From the NCBI RefSeq assembly GCF_006345805.1, contig NC_043006.1:15810001-15874000 (forward strand): DNA of 64,000 bases, read 5' to 3'. A program made the position numbers and the translations under genes. The notes beneath the pieces are model-generated. The model was not told the DNA's origin. It saw only the letters and a list, made by a program, of their open reading frames with translations, and searched no databases. Of this stretch, positions 49,420 to 62,543 are shown one piece after another. Source of the stretch: Octopus sinensis. Taxonomy: Eukaryota. Within the stretch, counting starts at the first letter, position 1; the number at the start of each line of letters is the position of its first letter.

Positions 49420-49860
49420 CTGGATATAGGTGGAAATTTCGAAGCAGTTATCAACAGTTATCTTCAGTCTCTTTAGTTTTCAAAGAAATATTCACATCAG
49501 CGGGGCAGCTGATGTCTATGATTTTACATACATTTTCTTGCCTGTCCAAAGCAATACTATCCAGCCTGTTATGCTTACACTTGATAGATGTTTCGATGGG
49601 AATGTTCCACCTACATTCCTTGTGTTGATATTCAATAACAGGGTGATTTCCTATATTTTTTCCAGGACACTCTTTTTCCGGTTTTCATTGTAAATCGATT
49701 TTGCAACAACCTCCTGTCGCATACGGGGGTAGTACCATGATGACATTTATGGGCAGCTGCTAATCACATGTGTGATATCTTCCACAGAAATATGATAATC
49801 TATATTTTCAGTTGCATCTTGAAACTCCAAGTGCTTCTCCGTCTCTTTTGTTTATTAGGT
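49420..49860 (-). pseudogene. Restriction-like-endonuclease non-LTR retrotransposon fragment
   Basis: Minus strand: EDITHVISSCP, WNIPIETSIKCKHNRLDSI (RPD-like) and IIDISCPADVNI. Confidence 0.7.
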
Positions 49861-49875
49861 GTGTATGCATGTATA

Positions 49876-50259
49876 GTGGAGGCGCAATGGCCCAGTGGTT
49901 AGGGCAGCGGACTCGCGGTCGTAGGATCGTGGTTTCGATTCCCAGACCGGGCATTGTGAGTGTTCATTGAGCGAAAACACCTAAAGTTCCACGAGGCTCC
50001 GGCAGGGGATGGTGGTGATCCCTGCTGTACTCTTTCACAACAACTTTCTCTCACTCTTACTTCCTGTTTCTGTTGTATCTGTATTTCAAAGGGCCGGCCT
50101 TGTCACTCTGTGTGTCACGCTGAATATCCCCGAGAACTACGTTAAGGGTGCACGTGTCTGTGGAATACTGAGCCACTTACACGTTAATTTCACGAGCAGG
50201 CTGTTCCGTTGATCGGATCAACCGGAACCCTCGTCGTCGTAACCGACGGAGTGCTTCCA
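49876..50259 (+). mobile_element. SINE, family B with tail X
   Basis: Full-length match to 7038-7422 and 58751-59136. Confidence 0.92.
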
Positions 50260-51031
50260 TGTGTGTGTATATGTATGCATATACTGGTGCTAAAACAGCC
50301 TAAACATGAAATACCATGTGAATAGGCCTTTACTTTGATTTGTGTATATTTGTATGGTTTACGTACACATGCATGTATGTATAAGTGTGTTCATGTACTG
50401 ATGTATATATATACATACATGTATGGAAGTATGGGGAAGTTAGGTAGGTGGGTAGATTAGGTGGAAGATAGTTAAGCATTCTGATCGTGGTAATTACGCC
50501 TTAACACAACTGGACATTTAACACAATGTATTGAAAGCTTAGTGCCTGTTTAAATAATTATTGAATTAATAACGTTCTAATTAGTAGTACTTACCGTTAA
50601 GCAGTCCAAATTAATTAAGTCCTTGCTCCGATGCCGAATCATACGCCTTGATAGATGTCAAAATAAGCGATGACTTGGCTTGGCTTTCCGCCAGCCATAA
50701 CGGTATACTTTAGCTTCCTTCGTTCTGCTTTATTTATATTTGCCTTTCGTTCGGATCGCTACTTTTAAATAAGCAATTGTCCGTGTTACAGGCTTCATCT
50801 CATTAATTTTATATTTACTTTGATGTAAATCATTGAATTCAATACTGTATGATTCATGCTACATTAAATTTTTTTTTTCGAAATATATCACTTCCTTTGT
50901 TTTTGTTTTTTTTTTCTTTTTTCTTTCTGCTTCATATATATTTCTTTACTCTCTAAATATGTTTAATGCTAAAATACAGTAAAGACAAAAACGATAGATT
51001 GATATTTTAAATCTACTTTAGAGATTCTTTT

Positions 51032-51447
51032 GGATCTTTTCGGTTTGAACGGCAGTTTTTTCTAGCGGTGTCATATGAAATTGTCACCCATAATTATTAC
51101 CCTAGTATCGATCTATTGCATTTCAATCTGTTTTAGGGTTAGGGTTAGGGGTGGGGGGAAGGGTATCTTTTTTTCTTCACAAATGTAAATAAACCCAATC
51201 TGTTTCTTAAACGAGGGACATATTCATACGGCACAGAATGTTTTCACCTCAGTAGACGTCATTGATTGGTTGAAATTGCAGAAATTGAAGAAAAAAACAA
51301 CAAATATCTTACAAACTATAGAATTTTCTCAATAAAGCCAAGAAAAAAAGATGTTTTATAAACACATTCTACCAGTATACGCAGTTTAAAAGTGTTTAGT
51401 TACGTGGAAATTATTTTAAAAAACTGCCGTTCAAAGCGAAAAGATCC
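51032..51447. mobile_element. MITE, second copy of 13724-14153 in opposite orientation
   Basis: Same TIRs and internal sequence with (TTAGGG)3. Flanks GAGATTCTTTT / GAGATTACTTT form an imperfect duplication. Confidence 0.9.
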
Positions 51448-52231
51448 GAGATTACTTTTTTTCAGTAGAACTCAGAGTAGATAAATGATATTGTGCAGAA
51501 CGCTGAGGTAAAAAAAAAAACCCTTTAACTGAAGAGAAATGAAAGTCCCTCAGCCTTCGACGTGACATTTTCTTTTCTATACAAATTTCTTTTTTAAAAT
51601 CCCAATAGTCTGCACGCTATTATTTAAGGCAGTATCTTCTTCGGGTTCCATCATCAAAAAATTTACTTCATATATCTCGAAGTTTCTAAATTCTTATGAT
51701 GTGATTATCTAAATTTACAGTATTTATATTATTCGTCTTTCTACATTTTGAAAAAAAATCTCACCCGCTTCAACGAGAAATGTCCCACACTCACCCTTCG
51801 AATTTTCTATTAAAGAGGTTTTTTTTAAAATATATCGACGCTCTACATTCTAGTATTTATGACTGAATCTACATCGAATTCCACCGTAAAAAATATCTAA
51901 AATCATTCAAAATTTCTTATTTCTTATAATGCAAACATTTACCTCTTAATATTTATTTATATTATGCATTTATCTACATTTTGAATAGAAGTCTCAGCGA
52001 AGGCGACATTGACTTACATTCTCTGTAGTTGATAACGATATTAACACCAAGCATAGAATTTCATTACTTACTTGGCTATACAATTAAATTGGCAGTATTC
52101 TTCCTCGTTCAGGTATTTGATTGAATGCTGCTGTTAAGATATTTGCAAATTATTTACTATTCCACAGACATTTAATGCAGGAAATTTAAATTTTATAGCG
52201 TACCACTCTCTTCAAATGAGCGTCGCTATTG

Positions 52232-52450
52232 TTAAGGAGACGAGCTGGCAGAATCGTTAGCTCGCTGGATGGAATACTTTGTGAAATTTCGCCCGCCGCT
52301 ACGTTCTGAGCTCTAATTCCGCCGAGGTCAACTTTGCCTTTCATCCTTTCACAGTCGATAAATTAAGTACCAGTAAAATACTGGGGTCGATGTAATTGAC
52401 TCGTCTCCTCCCCACCAAAAATCGCTGCCTTCATGGCAAAATTTAAAACA
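52232..52450 (+). mobile_element. SINE, family D
   Basis: GAGCTGGCAGAATCGTTAGC..GCCGAGGTCAACTTTGCCTTTCATCC..GTCGATAAATTAAGTACCAGT; runs into (ATT)n. Confidence 0.85.
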
Positions 52451-52489
52451 ATTATTATTATTATTATTATTATTTTATTATTATTATTA

Positions 52490-52525
<36 letters not shown>

Positions 52526-52611
52526 CATCATCATCATCATTAGTAGTAGTAGTAGTAGTAGCATCAGTAGTAGTAGTAGTAGTAGTAGTGGTTTTGGTGG
52601 TGGTGGTGGTG

Positions 52612-52650
<39 letters not shown>

Positions 52651-52669
52651 GTAGTAGTAGTAGTAGTAT

Positions 52670-55230
52670 ATTCATATACACACAACAGAATAAACTGTTG
52701 GAAAAGAAATACAAATCCTAACATCGGACTACAAAAAATAACCTTAGATGCCAAAAACCCTCCGAAGTATCCCAACAGTTTTCTGGAGCTGTAACTAAAC
52801 TGGCTTTTATGCCCATTTCCTCTATCTGTTCAAATCTTTAGGGATAGTTCCCAATGCACCTATAACTACATGGATACATTTTACCTGCACTTTCCATAGT
52901 CTCTTCAATTCAATGGCTAGGTCCTGGTTACTTTGCTATTTTTTCTCTACCTCTCATATTGATACTTCATCGTTTAGGACTGTAAAATCAGTTATCTGGC
53001 ACTTTCTATTTTCTTTATCTACTACTGCTAAATCAGGCCTTCTAGCTTCTATTACTCTGTCAGTCTGAATGTGAAAGTTCCACAACATCTTATATTTCTT
53101 ATTTTATAGTATTTTAATTGGTTCATGTTCATACCATTTATCAATATGTTCAAATCATAACTTTCTACTTAACTCCCAGTGGATTGTTCTCCCTAGGTTG
53201 TCATATCTTTTCTTGTATTCTTTCCAGTATGTGGCATTCACTTAATATGAGTGACCCTTTCCTCTTTTGATTTGTTAGCCTACATTGGGAATCTCTTGGT
53301 TTTTGTCAGTCTTGACTTTTATCCAATTAACCTTTAATGCTTGAATCTGTGTTGCTACTAACAAACTGTTTGACTCCCTTTCCAGCTTTCCCTTCTGCAA
53401 CAATTGACCATGTCTCACAAATACTAATTGCTGCAATTATCTTTGGGAATCTACCATGCAACGTCTTCTCCTAATACTCAGCTAATTTCTGTTCCTTTTT
53501 CTAGTTTTTAACTTCGTTCGGGTTTTTGGTTTTCCTATGTCTTGCTGTGACTAGCAGCTTTTAATAAACTTTCTGTATTAAGGAATCTATCTCTTTTTCA
53601 TTCTTATTAACAAGCTTCAGTTCATACATGTGGATTAAATGGTTAATTTTTCCCTTACTATATCTGAACTGATACATTGCCTTTGCTTTCCTTAATACTA
53701 AATTGAAGGGGATCAAACATATGACAAATACCAAAGGGTACAGCGAGTCCTCTCGGAAAATTCTAATAGTGTGTCACATAGATTGAGGTCTACTTTCCAT
53801 TTCTTCATGCTAAAGCTAATTGATTCTCTTATGTTGTTTGTAATACTGAAACAGTCACTTATCCATGAGTGTGGGATCATGTCATAGGCTTTCCTATAAT
53901 CTATCCATGCTAAAGTTAGATTTTTCTTTCTAGCTTTTACTTCATTTAGAACTGTTTTGTCTATATATAATAGACTATGCGTTCCTGTAACCTTCTTCTT
54001 GCAAGCTTTCTGTTCTTCTGGCAGTAAATTTTGGTTGTCAAGGTGCTCGTAAATACTTTCTGTGAGGGCGCGTGGCTTAGTGGTTAGGGCATTCGGCTCA
54101 TGATCGTAAGGTTGTGAGTTCGATTCCCGGCGACGCGTTGTGTCCTTGAGCAAGACACTTTATTTCACGTTGCTCCAGTCCACTCAGCTGGCAAAAATGA
54201 GTTGTACTTGTATTTCAAAGGGTCAGCCTTGTCACTCTCTGTGTCACGCTGATTATCCCCGAGAACTACGTTAAGGGTACACGTGTCTGTGGAATGCTCA
54301 GCCATTTGCACGTTAATTTCACGAGCAAGCTGTTCCGTTGATCGTATCAGCTGGGACCCTCGTCGTCGTAACCGGCGGAGTCTTTAAATACCTCCTGAAA
54401 GCATTTCTCTTAACAGTTTCCAAACTAATGGTAAGTAAGTGATTGGTCTATAGTTGCTAGCTGTATTGCCCTTGCTCTTATCTTTCATAACGAATATTGT
54501 CCACCGTCAAGTCATTGAATCTGGTATTATTCCTTCATTAAGGCAATCCTGAATTTTTCCCTTCAGCCTCTCATGTAAACTACAGAATTTCTTTAGACAG
54601 TACTCTTGAACTCAATTTGGTCCTGGGCCCTTCCAATTCGGCATTTTTCTTAACATTTTACTCACTAATGCACTAGCTAGTCTAAGATCTGGCTGCTTCT
54701 CACTCACTACTCCTACCCTCACTTTCTGTTACCATACTGCATCTCCATTATGATTGACCGGCTAATCTCAAATATTACTCCACAATATTACTTCTGCATT
54801 AGGTTTCTCATCTTCAGTACTTATTTCTCCACTATTTATTTGATCACAAAATCTCCTCTAGTATGTCACAAATAATGTACTCTGTTGATACTGATTTATT
54901 CTTTTCTGATATATGGAGAGCTTGCCTGTACTGCTATGATACGCTGTTTCAACTCTTCTGTTACTGACCCAAGTCCTATTTCTTTGACTAAGTATCTTTT
55001 TTCAAGGGAAGATTTGCATCTTGTGTTTCCTAATTTGTTCAGTGTCCAGGTTTCTACTCAGATCTTGTCTTAAAGTCTTCACATTATTTTGTAGCCTCCT
55101 TTTCCACATTTGCTCTTTTTAAATCTTTTCCTGTGAGATATCTAATCTTCTAGTGACTACAGATCCTCCTGCATAGATCAATAAGTTAACGTTTCCTATA
55201 TTTTTAGTATCTGTCCTACTGATAACAGGA
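52670..55230 (-). mobile_element. Decayed R4/Dong-clade retrotransposon whose 3' end abuts an (ATT)n/(AGT)n array
   Basis: Minus strand: NWKGPGP, LLPEEQKAC..LLYIDK..AWIDYRKAYDMIPHSWI (RT), RRPDL and GALGTIPK near the 3' end. Confidence 0.85.
54063..54385 (+). mobile_element. SINE, family C head with tail X, nested in the Dong-like RT
   Basis: A box TGGCTTAGTGG, B box GTTCGATTCC. Imperfect TSD AAATAC(T/C)T(T/C)CTG. Confidence 0.92.
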
Positions 55231-55244
55231 TCTACTTTCCTATT

Positions 55245-55446
55245 TCGTCTGCCGCTACGATCTGAATTAAAATTCCGCCAATGTCGACATTGTCTTTCAT
55301 ACTTTCGAGGTCGATAAGTTAAATACCAGTGAAACACTGGGGTCAATATATTCAATTGGTCCCCTCCCTTCAAATTTGAGGCTTTGTGAGTAGAAAGGAT
55401 TATTATTAATATTATGAAGGCGGCAAGCTGGCAGAATCGTTAGCAT
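55245..55446 (+). mobile_element. SINE family D fragment followed by the head of a second copy
   Basis: TTCCGCCAATGTCGAC..CTTTCAT..GAGGTCGATAA; AAGGCGGCAAGCTGGCAGAATCGTTAGCA. Confidence 0.7.
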
Positions 55447-55675
55447 GTTTACTTTTTGACTGAACACCGCCCATAAACGCGTGTTGATGTTTCTTTCGTA
55501 GTTATAATTATTATTGATGTATCAGCGAGAGACGGAGAAGAAACAGCAATGTGCATATAGAGAGAGGTCTTGTATAAGTATGGATGTAGGTGGAATTAAA
55601 AATTAAATTTTACTAATAGGTTTGCAGTTTTCGTATAGAAAAATTTCAGTCCAGGTGTTTACATTTTTACACATA

Positions 55676-56089
55676 GGCGCAGGAGTGGCTGTGTGGTAAG
55701 TAGCTTGTTTACCAACCACATGGTTCCGGGTTCAGTCCCACTGCGTGGCACCTTGGGCAAGTGTCTTCTACTATAGCCTCGGGCCGACCAAAGCCTTGTG
55801 AGTGGATTTGGTAGACGGAAACTGAAAGAAGCCCGTCGTATATATGTATATATATATATATGCGTGTGTGTGTATGTGTATCTGTGTTTGTCCCCCTAGC
55901 ATTGCTTGACAACCGATGCTGGTGTGTTTATGTCCCCGTTACTTAGCGGTTCGGCAAAAGAGACCGATAGAATAAGTACTGGGCTTACAAAAGAATAAGT
56001 CCTGGGGTCGAGTTGCTCAATTAAAGGCGGTGCTCCAGCATGGCCGCAGTCAAATGACTGAAACAAGCAAAAGAAAAAGAAAAAAAGAA
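55676..56089 (+). mobile_element. SINE, family A
   Basis: Full-length match. Confidence 0.92.
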
Positions 56090-58750
56090 TATGTTACTCT
56101 GGCGTTGGATCAGGGGGAGTCTATTTTTTTGTATATATATACTCCATATAAGAAAACTCCTTAAGTTTCCTCAGATGGCTTACAATAAGACATAGTTTTC
56201 TCTCATTGTTTTTGACGATTCTTAATTCCTACTTCTTGGTGGTTTCAGATTTGATCTATCTTCCCGGCAGCTCGCTGTCACACGTCCATGCTACAGCCCA
56301 ATTATAGAAGTACCCACATATTTCTTGAGATCGACTTAATCGACGAAAGTAGATTTCTTCAAGTTTTGGAGCTTTTTTCCACACAGAAATCATTATAATC
56401 ACGGGTGCCGCAGAGCAAGAGACAAGTTCCTGGTTCAAATCCCTTCTGACGCTTATTTCTCTCCACTAACGACCGTTATATAATAATGCTAAGCATGGCC
56501 ACTGCACTCATATTTTAAAGTTCTTATGAAATAAAACCAACTTTTGCCCTGGTAAAATTATACTTTCTACATGTAAATCCTGAATGCAGATCTACCCTGT
56601 CCAAAAGTTCCCGTTCCTTTGAAAGGTCAGACTAATCTTACCTTGAATATGTAAATTAACCAGTAGAAATGAATATGAAATTTCTTGAAATTATCACCCC
56701 TATCTTTGAATGTTGTTCTCGTCAAGCATGAATAACAATAACAAGTACAGGAATAAGAGGAACTAGGGGACATTTACGTGGTCGAATGATCTGCTTGTAA
56801 TAGTAACCAAACTATTCGTAAGTTACTCCTTAATATCTTTTAAAAGATAGGATACATTGCATAATGCATCACGTTTGAAACAGAAAAGGTGGATTGGTCA
56901 TGGCGGAATGCCTTTGAATCTATCTCTATTCAATCATGACTGACTTTAGGCGAAGCAACAACTACTACAATAATGATTGTAGTAAGGAGAGGAGAGTATT
57001 CAGGCGCCAAAATAAACAGTAAAAATAGCAACAAAATAGAGAGGTAACGATGACAAGCATTTTATCTACGATTAAATACACACATGCATTCCGACAGTAA
57101 CAAAAAAGCCGTAAATGCAAAAAGAACGGCTATAAACTAGCATGAAACAATGAAAATTATTCCCAACAGAAAAGATCTGTAGCGAAACAAAGAACAAATG
57201 ATTATGTTCCACATTTCCAGATGCCTCGCACACAAAACGATTTATAATCTCGCTTAGACGAGATTTCAGCGATATTAAAAAATTCGGCCAAAAATGTACT
57301 TTTAGGAAAAGTCGCTACGCTGTACGCGCCTTTTGAAAACAGTAGGGTCTTTGTTTGTTGCGATCGTTATAAAAGATTTGGAAAAGGTGGTGAATAATTG
57401 CTCGGGCAATGCAACAGTTTTCTGAAGATGAAACTGCAGTTCGAGAATATTGACGAGGTTGTCTGCAGGAAGGGTATTAATTCTAAATACCTTCACCACA
57501 AGATGTCTATGGTCGAAGAATTCAATGCTCACAGCGGCTAGAAGAACGAGGATATTATTCGCATGTAGTGATAAAAAATATCTAATGAGTCTGTGGTCGA
57601 AAATGCAACGGTAACGGTAACAAATTATAATCTGTAGCAATAAATACTCAAACACTTATTAAAAAGGACAACAAAATCAATAATAACAAATGATTCTTTT
57701 TTTACTTTATTCACTGTTTTGCCACAAGCAATCCTATTGAAATTAGGCAAGAACATTTATAAGGCTCATAATCTGGAGTGGCAACGAATAAAAGACAGTT
57801 CAAAACGTACACCAATCTGCATGTGAATTGTTTATCGTGGCAGCAACCCCAATTTAAAAGTTGCAGTCCATAACTCACAAAACCGATTACAGGTCAGGAG
57901 GAGGAAAATGAGCAACATGACATAAAAGAGCATATTCTACAAAATAAGACATTTCAAAGCTTCATCTAAGAGAACAGAGGTCACACAGGTTAGTTCTCCT
58001 TGTTCTGTACATCACTCCAACACCTTGCTACCACTAACCTTCTTTCACCGTCTGCGCAGTGGCAGGGACTTCTGATCGTTGACTTCTGACATTCCATTTG
58101 ACTTGAATATTAACAAAAGCAGTTGCTGTTACAGTTCTTTTGTTAATATCGTACAAGTTCACTTTTCTCCTATTGTTTTTGTTAGTAATATTTCTATAAT
58201 GTACAAATCAAGCCTTAATACTGGAGTAATACAAATTTCAATGAACCTGAGGCAGTTGAAAGGTTGAGCCCACTGGGATTCGGACTGAGAAAGTAAAGGG
58301 ATATTACAACAAAACAACGCACTTAATGTAATACAACACTGTAGGAGTACGTTTTGTAGAGCATTCACCACCATTATACGACTTCATAGATTGACTGTAA
58401 TGAAAACAAACGAATCGACTAAGGCAACAATTATAATAATTAGAGGTAAAGTAATTAGCTATATCCACGAGAGGTCGAGCGCATGCAAGCGAGAGAGAGA
58501 GAGGGGTGAGTGAGAAAGAGGTAGGGATGCAGGAGACAATTCTAATGAATTCTTTTTGCACAGCTAATTGATTGGTTTAAATCCAGATGATGATTATGAC
58601 TCGTCAAACTTCAAACGTGAAACCAAACACGACTTTATTTGAAGTCAACGAGTCGCGACATACAAACTAAAGCATTTAGGTTTCGGTTCTACAGATCATC
58701 ACGTTCCAAGGGACTGATAAAAATGATTTCTTACAATTGTAGATATCCAA

Positions 58751-59136
58751 GTGGAAGCGCAATGACCCAGTGGTTAGGTCGGCGGACTCGCGGTCATAGG
58801 ATCGCGGTTTCGATTCCCAGACCGGGCGTTGTGAGTGTTTATTGAGCGAAAACACCTAAAAGCTCCACGAGGCTCCGGCAGGGGATGGTGGTGATCCCTG
58901 CTGTACTCTTTCACCACAACTTTCTCTCACTCTTACTTCCTGTTTCTGTTGTACCTTGTATTTCAAAGGGCCGGCCTTGTCACTCTCTGTGTCACGCTGA
59001 ATATCCCCGAGAACTACGTTAAGGGTACACGTGTCTGTGGAGTGCTCAGCCACTTACACGTTAATTTCACGAGCAGGCTGTTCCGTTGATTCGGATCAAC
59101 CGGAACCCTCGTCGTCGTAACCGACGGAGTGCTTCC
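58751..59136 (+). mobile_element. SINE, family B with tail X
   Basis: Full-length; TSD AGATATCCA. Confidence 0.93.
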
Positions 59137-59319
59137 AGATATCCACGTATTATTGATTTATTTGTTTATTCTTATTGGTTTTGATCTGAAGCAGATGATT
59201 ATGCCCACAGCCGTCGCAGGAATCTGAGGTCAAGGTTTTGGATGCAATTAATGATTTTTTTTTTTTTTGAATAGTTGCAAATCAACAGCCGCAAGGAAAA
59301 CACGGGTACGAAAAATATC

Positions 59320-59520
59320 TTCATGCGAGAAAAACTCTGGGGAAAAAAGGCTTGGGTGCTGTGATTAGTGAAGTGAATGAGGTTATAGAATGGGCAGTGT
59401 GTGGGTGTCGAGGAGAGGAGGGATGAGGTGAGAGTACTTCGGTGAAGATGGTTCAAGACCAGCCAACCTCGAGGAATAGAGGCCACTGTAGTGCCAGCAG
59501 AAAAGTTAGAGAGATGATAC
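59320..59520 (-). pseudogene. CR1/Jockey-group LINE ORF2 C-terminal remnant
   Basis: Minus strand LFCWHYSGLYSSRLAGLEP..AFFPQ resembles the LFYRYYxGxCSxELA..SFFPR motif. Confidence 0.5.
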
Positions 59521-59636
59521 AGTATTATACGGGTCGAAGTTTGCTCTGGATATAAAAATCGACAAAAAAGCAACAACAACCACAAATACACATACACACA
59601 CACATCTCGAGACATGATACACACACACACATACAT

Positions 59637-59671
<35 letters not shown>

Positions 59672-59829
59672 GAAGCTTTTGTAGTGATTGGCCGGAGAGT
59701 GACCGTTGATTTCACACCTATAAGGCACTTAGCTGTATAGGCGACTCGTTAGGTTTGGGTCTGGTGAATCACCTTGTAAGTGCGACACCAATGGTCATTC
59801 ACTGACCAGGCATAACAAATATTCTAAAT

Positions 59830-60047
59830 ATTCTTTTCTTTTCTACTATAGGCACAAGGACAGAAATTTTGGGGGAGCCAGTCGATTAGATCGACTCCAG
59901 TACGCAACTGGAACTTAATTTATCGACCCCGAAAGGATGAAAGGTAAAGTTGACCCCGGCGGAATTTGAACTCAGAACGTAAAGACAGACGAAATACCGC
60001 TAAGCATTTCACCCGGCGTGCTAACATTTCTGCCAGCTCGCCGCCTT
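59830..60047 (-). mobile_element. SINE, family D (best-preserved copy)
   Basis: Minus strand: AAGGCGGCGAGCTGGCAGAAATGTTAGCACGCCGG..GAGTTCAAATTCCGCCG..CCTTTCATCCTTTCGGGGTCGATAAATTAAG. Confidence 0.9.
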
Positions 60048-61174
60048 AAAAACTCAAAATGTATTAACTGGATTATGACTAGTATCCGCCCTCAACTTCC
60101 GCCACGGCTTCGAGACGGCTGCGGAAACTGGCGCACACGTTCCGCATTTTGTCCCTGGGAAGATCTCCGATCGCTTCCTTGATCTTGATAACTAGTTCGG
60201 CGTTGGTTTTTCAGACACGGCGGTTGGTGTCTTTCTAAACCGATTCTCACACAAAGTAATCGCAATCAGGGAGATTAGGGGACCAGGAATTGGGACTAGT
60301 GAAATCGTAGAAATTATACACGCGCACGCACGCACGCAGACACACACACACAGGCACAGACAGAGATACACAGGTGAAAATAGGGAAAAAGCGGGAAAAT
60401 GAAATATAGAACCCAGAAACAAAAACAGGCTTGAAATCGTTGCCTTTTGCAATGCGGTGTTTGTTCTTGGCCTCATTCATTGTCAATGTCACGGACAGAG
60501 AAGGTAAATGTTCCAAGCTTAGACACAAGTCTTGAAATATGAGAGAGGTGTTAGTCGATATCATCCAACCTATTACATTTTTGTTATATACCCTGGAGAG
60601 ATAAATTTCAAAGATGACTTCTGCAAGGTTTGAATTTAGGGTTCAAACAGGCTGAATAAATACAGTAAAATATTGTCTCTAAAGATCTAATGATTTTGTC
60701 AAAACATCGTCTGGAAAATAACTTTATATCAGCATAAAGATTCCATGCATTTATAGAATGAAAAGTTCGATTATTTAGCGTGCATGATGCCTTTATTCGT
60801 AGCAATACGAGCAAAGAATAAAGTGCATCTATAATCATTTGAAGAGAAAAGAAGTATATTTCTGATAATTAAGTTATTGACCTGGTGGATGAAAATTATA
60901 GTTTATTCCAGCACTATTTAAACTCAGAACGTACATAGCTGCGATTATAAAAAACGGAATACATTTAGTTTGGCACTCTGGCTCAATCGTTTCTTTTAGT
61001 CTACCGTAGTTTAGGTAATATAATTCGAAGAATTTGCGGATCAAGTTCCTTGCGGGTCGTGTTCCTGGGATCGAGTTCCACTGATGTCACCTTTTTATTA
61101 TATCCTTCCGGGGTCGATAAATAAAGTACTTGTCCCAAAATAGGATAGATTATTTTCTTCTTCTTCTTCTTCTT

Positions 61175-61235
<61 letters not shown>

Positions 61236-61499
61236 GCACACAGAGACATATTTGCATACACACACACACATACGTGTATTCATATAGCTATTGCAATGTT
61301 CTATTTTGTCGCTTGTCGTTTACGTCTTTTTTTGTTTTGTTTTTGCTATGTCTTTTACATTCTCCGTTTATTTTTTCATTTATTACGTTTGTATAAACTA
61401 GATGGACTTAGATATAAAAAGTCTACACTTATTTCACATAATAACTATTGATTACTATCTTGTAAGATGTCTACCTTGTTCTACCCATACATATATACA

Positions 61500-61532
<33 letters not shown>

Positions 61533-61950
61533 GCATACATACATACATGTACGCATGTACGTATGTCTGTCTGTATGCATATAGACAGAGAGACGGACAG
61601 ACGGATAGACAAAACAGAGAGGAAGACGTTCTTCATGTTTTTTCTCTCAGTTTGAGATGAAGGTTTTTTTTCCTCCTTTTCGCACTATTACTCGTTAAGT
61701 GTTGTTTTTTCTGAGCCTTGTCGAATAACTACCACATGCACATATTTATGAATGTAAATATATATATATAGAAATATATATATATATTTTCCTCGGCCAG
61801 TCATACTTTAACCCTTCGTTGATATCTGAAATCAACGGTTTCCTTCTTGAAATACCTCTTCCATATCCTAGTTCTTTTAAAACTTTTCTTACAGAGTATA
61901 GCAACATTTCCACGTTGTTTGCGACTTCTCTGATACTAAGACAGCAGGTT

Positions 61951-62223
61951 GTGGAGACATATGGCCTAGTGGTTAGAGCAGTGGACTCGCGGTCGAGGGA
62001 TCGCGAGTTCGAATCTCAGACCGGGCAATGTGTGTGTTTATGAGCGAAACACCTAAGCTCCACGCGGCTCCGGCAGACGGTAATGGCGAACTTCTGCTGA
62101 CTCTTTCGCCACAACTTTCTCTCATTCTTTCCTCCTGCATCTTGCAACTCACCTGCGACGGACCGGCGCCCCGTCCAGGTGCGGAACCTATACGCTAAGG
62201 AAACCAGGCGTGGCTCGAGAAGG
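61951..62223 (+). mobile_element. SINE, family B-related variant head with tail Y-like end
   Basis: TGGCCTAGTGG / GTTCGAATC boxes; GACGGACCGGCGCCCCGTCCAGG. TSD ~AAGACAGC(A)GGTT. Confidence 0.85.
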
Positions 62224-62309
62224 AAGACAGCGGTTTCTAGTTATTTCCCTCTTCAGTTCCCTCTTTTCTATATCTGAAACCGTTTGACAATACTATTAAC
62301 GGTCTGATG

Positions 62310-62543
62310 GTGGAGGCGCAATGGCCCAGTGGTTAGGGCAGCGGACTCGCTGTTGTACCTTGTATTTCAAAGGGCCGGCCTTGTCACTCTCTGTGTCACG
62401 CTGAATATCCCCGAGAACTACGTTAAGAGTACACGTGTCTGTGGAGTGCTCAGCCACTTACACGTTAATTTCACGAGCAGGCTGTTCCGTTGATCGGATC
62501 AATCGGAACCCTCGTCGTCGTAACCGACGGAGTGCTTCCATCC
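62310..62543 (+). mobile_element. SINE family B + tail X with ~150-bp internal deletion
   Basis: Head jumps from GCGGACTCGC to TGTTGTACC. Perfect 12-bp TSD AACGGTCTGATG. Confidence 0.9.
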
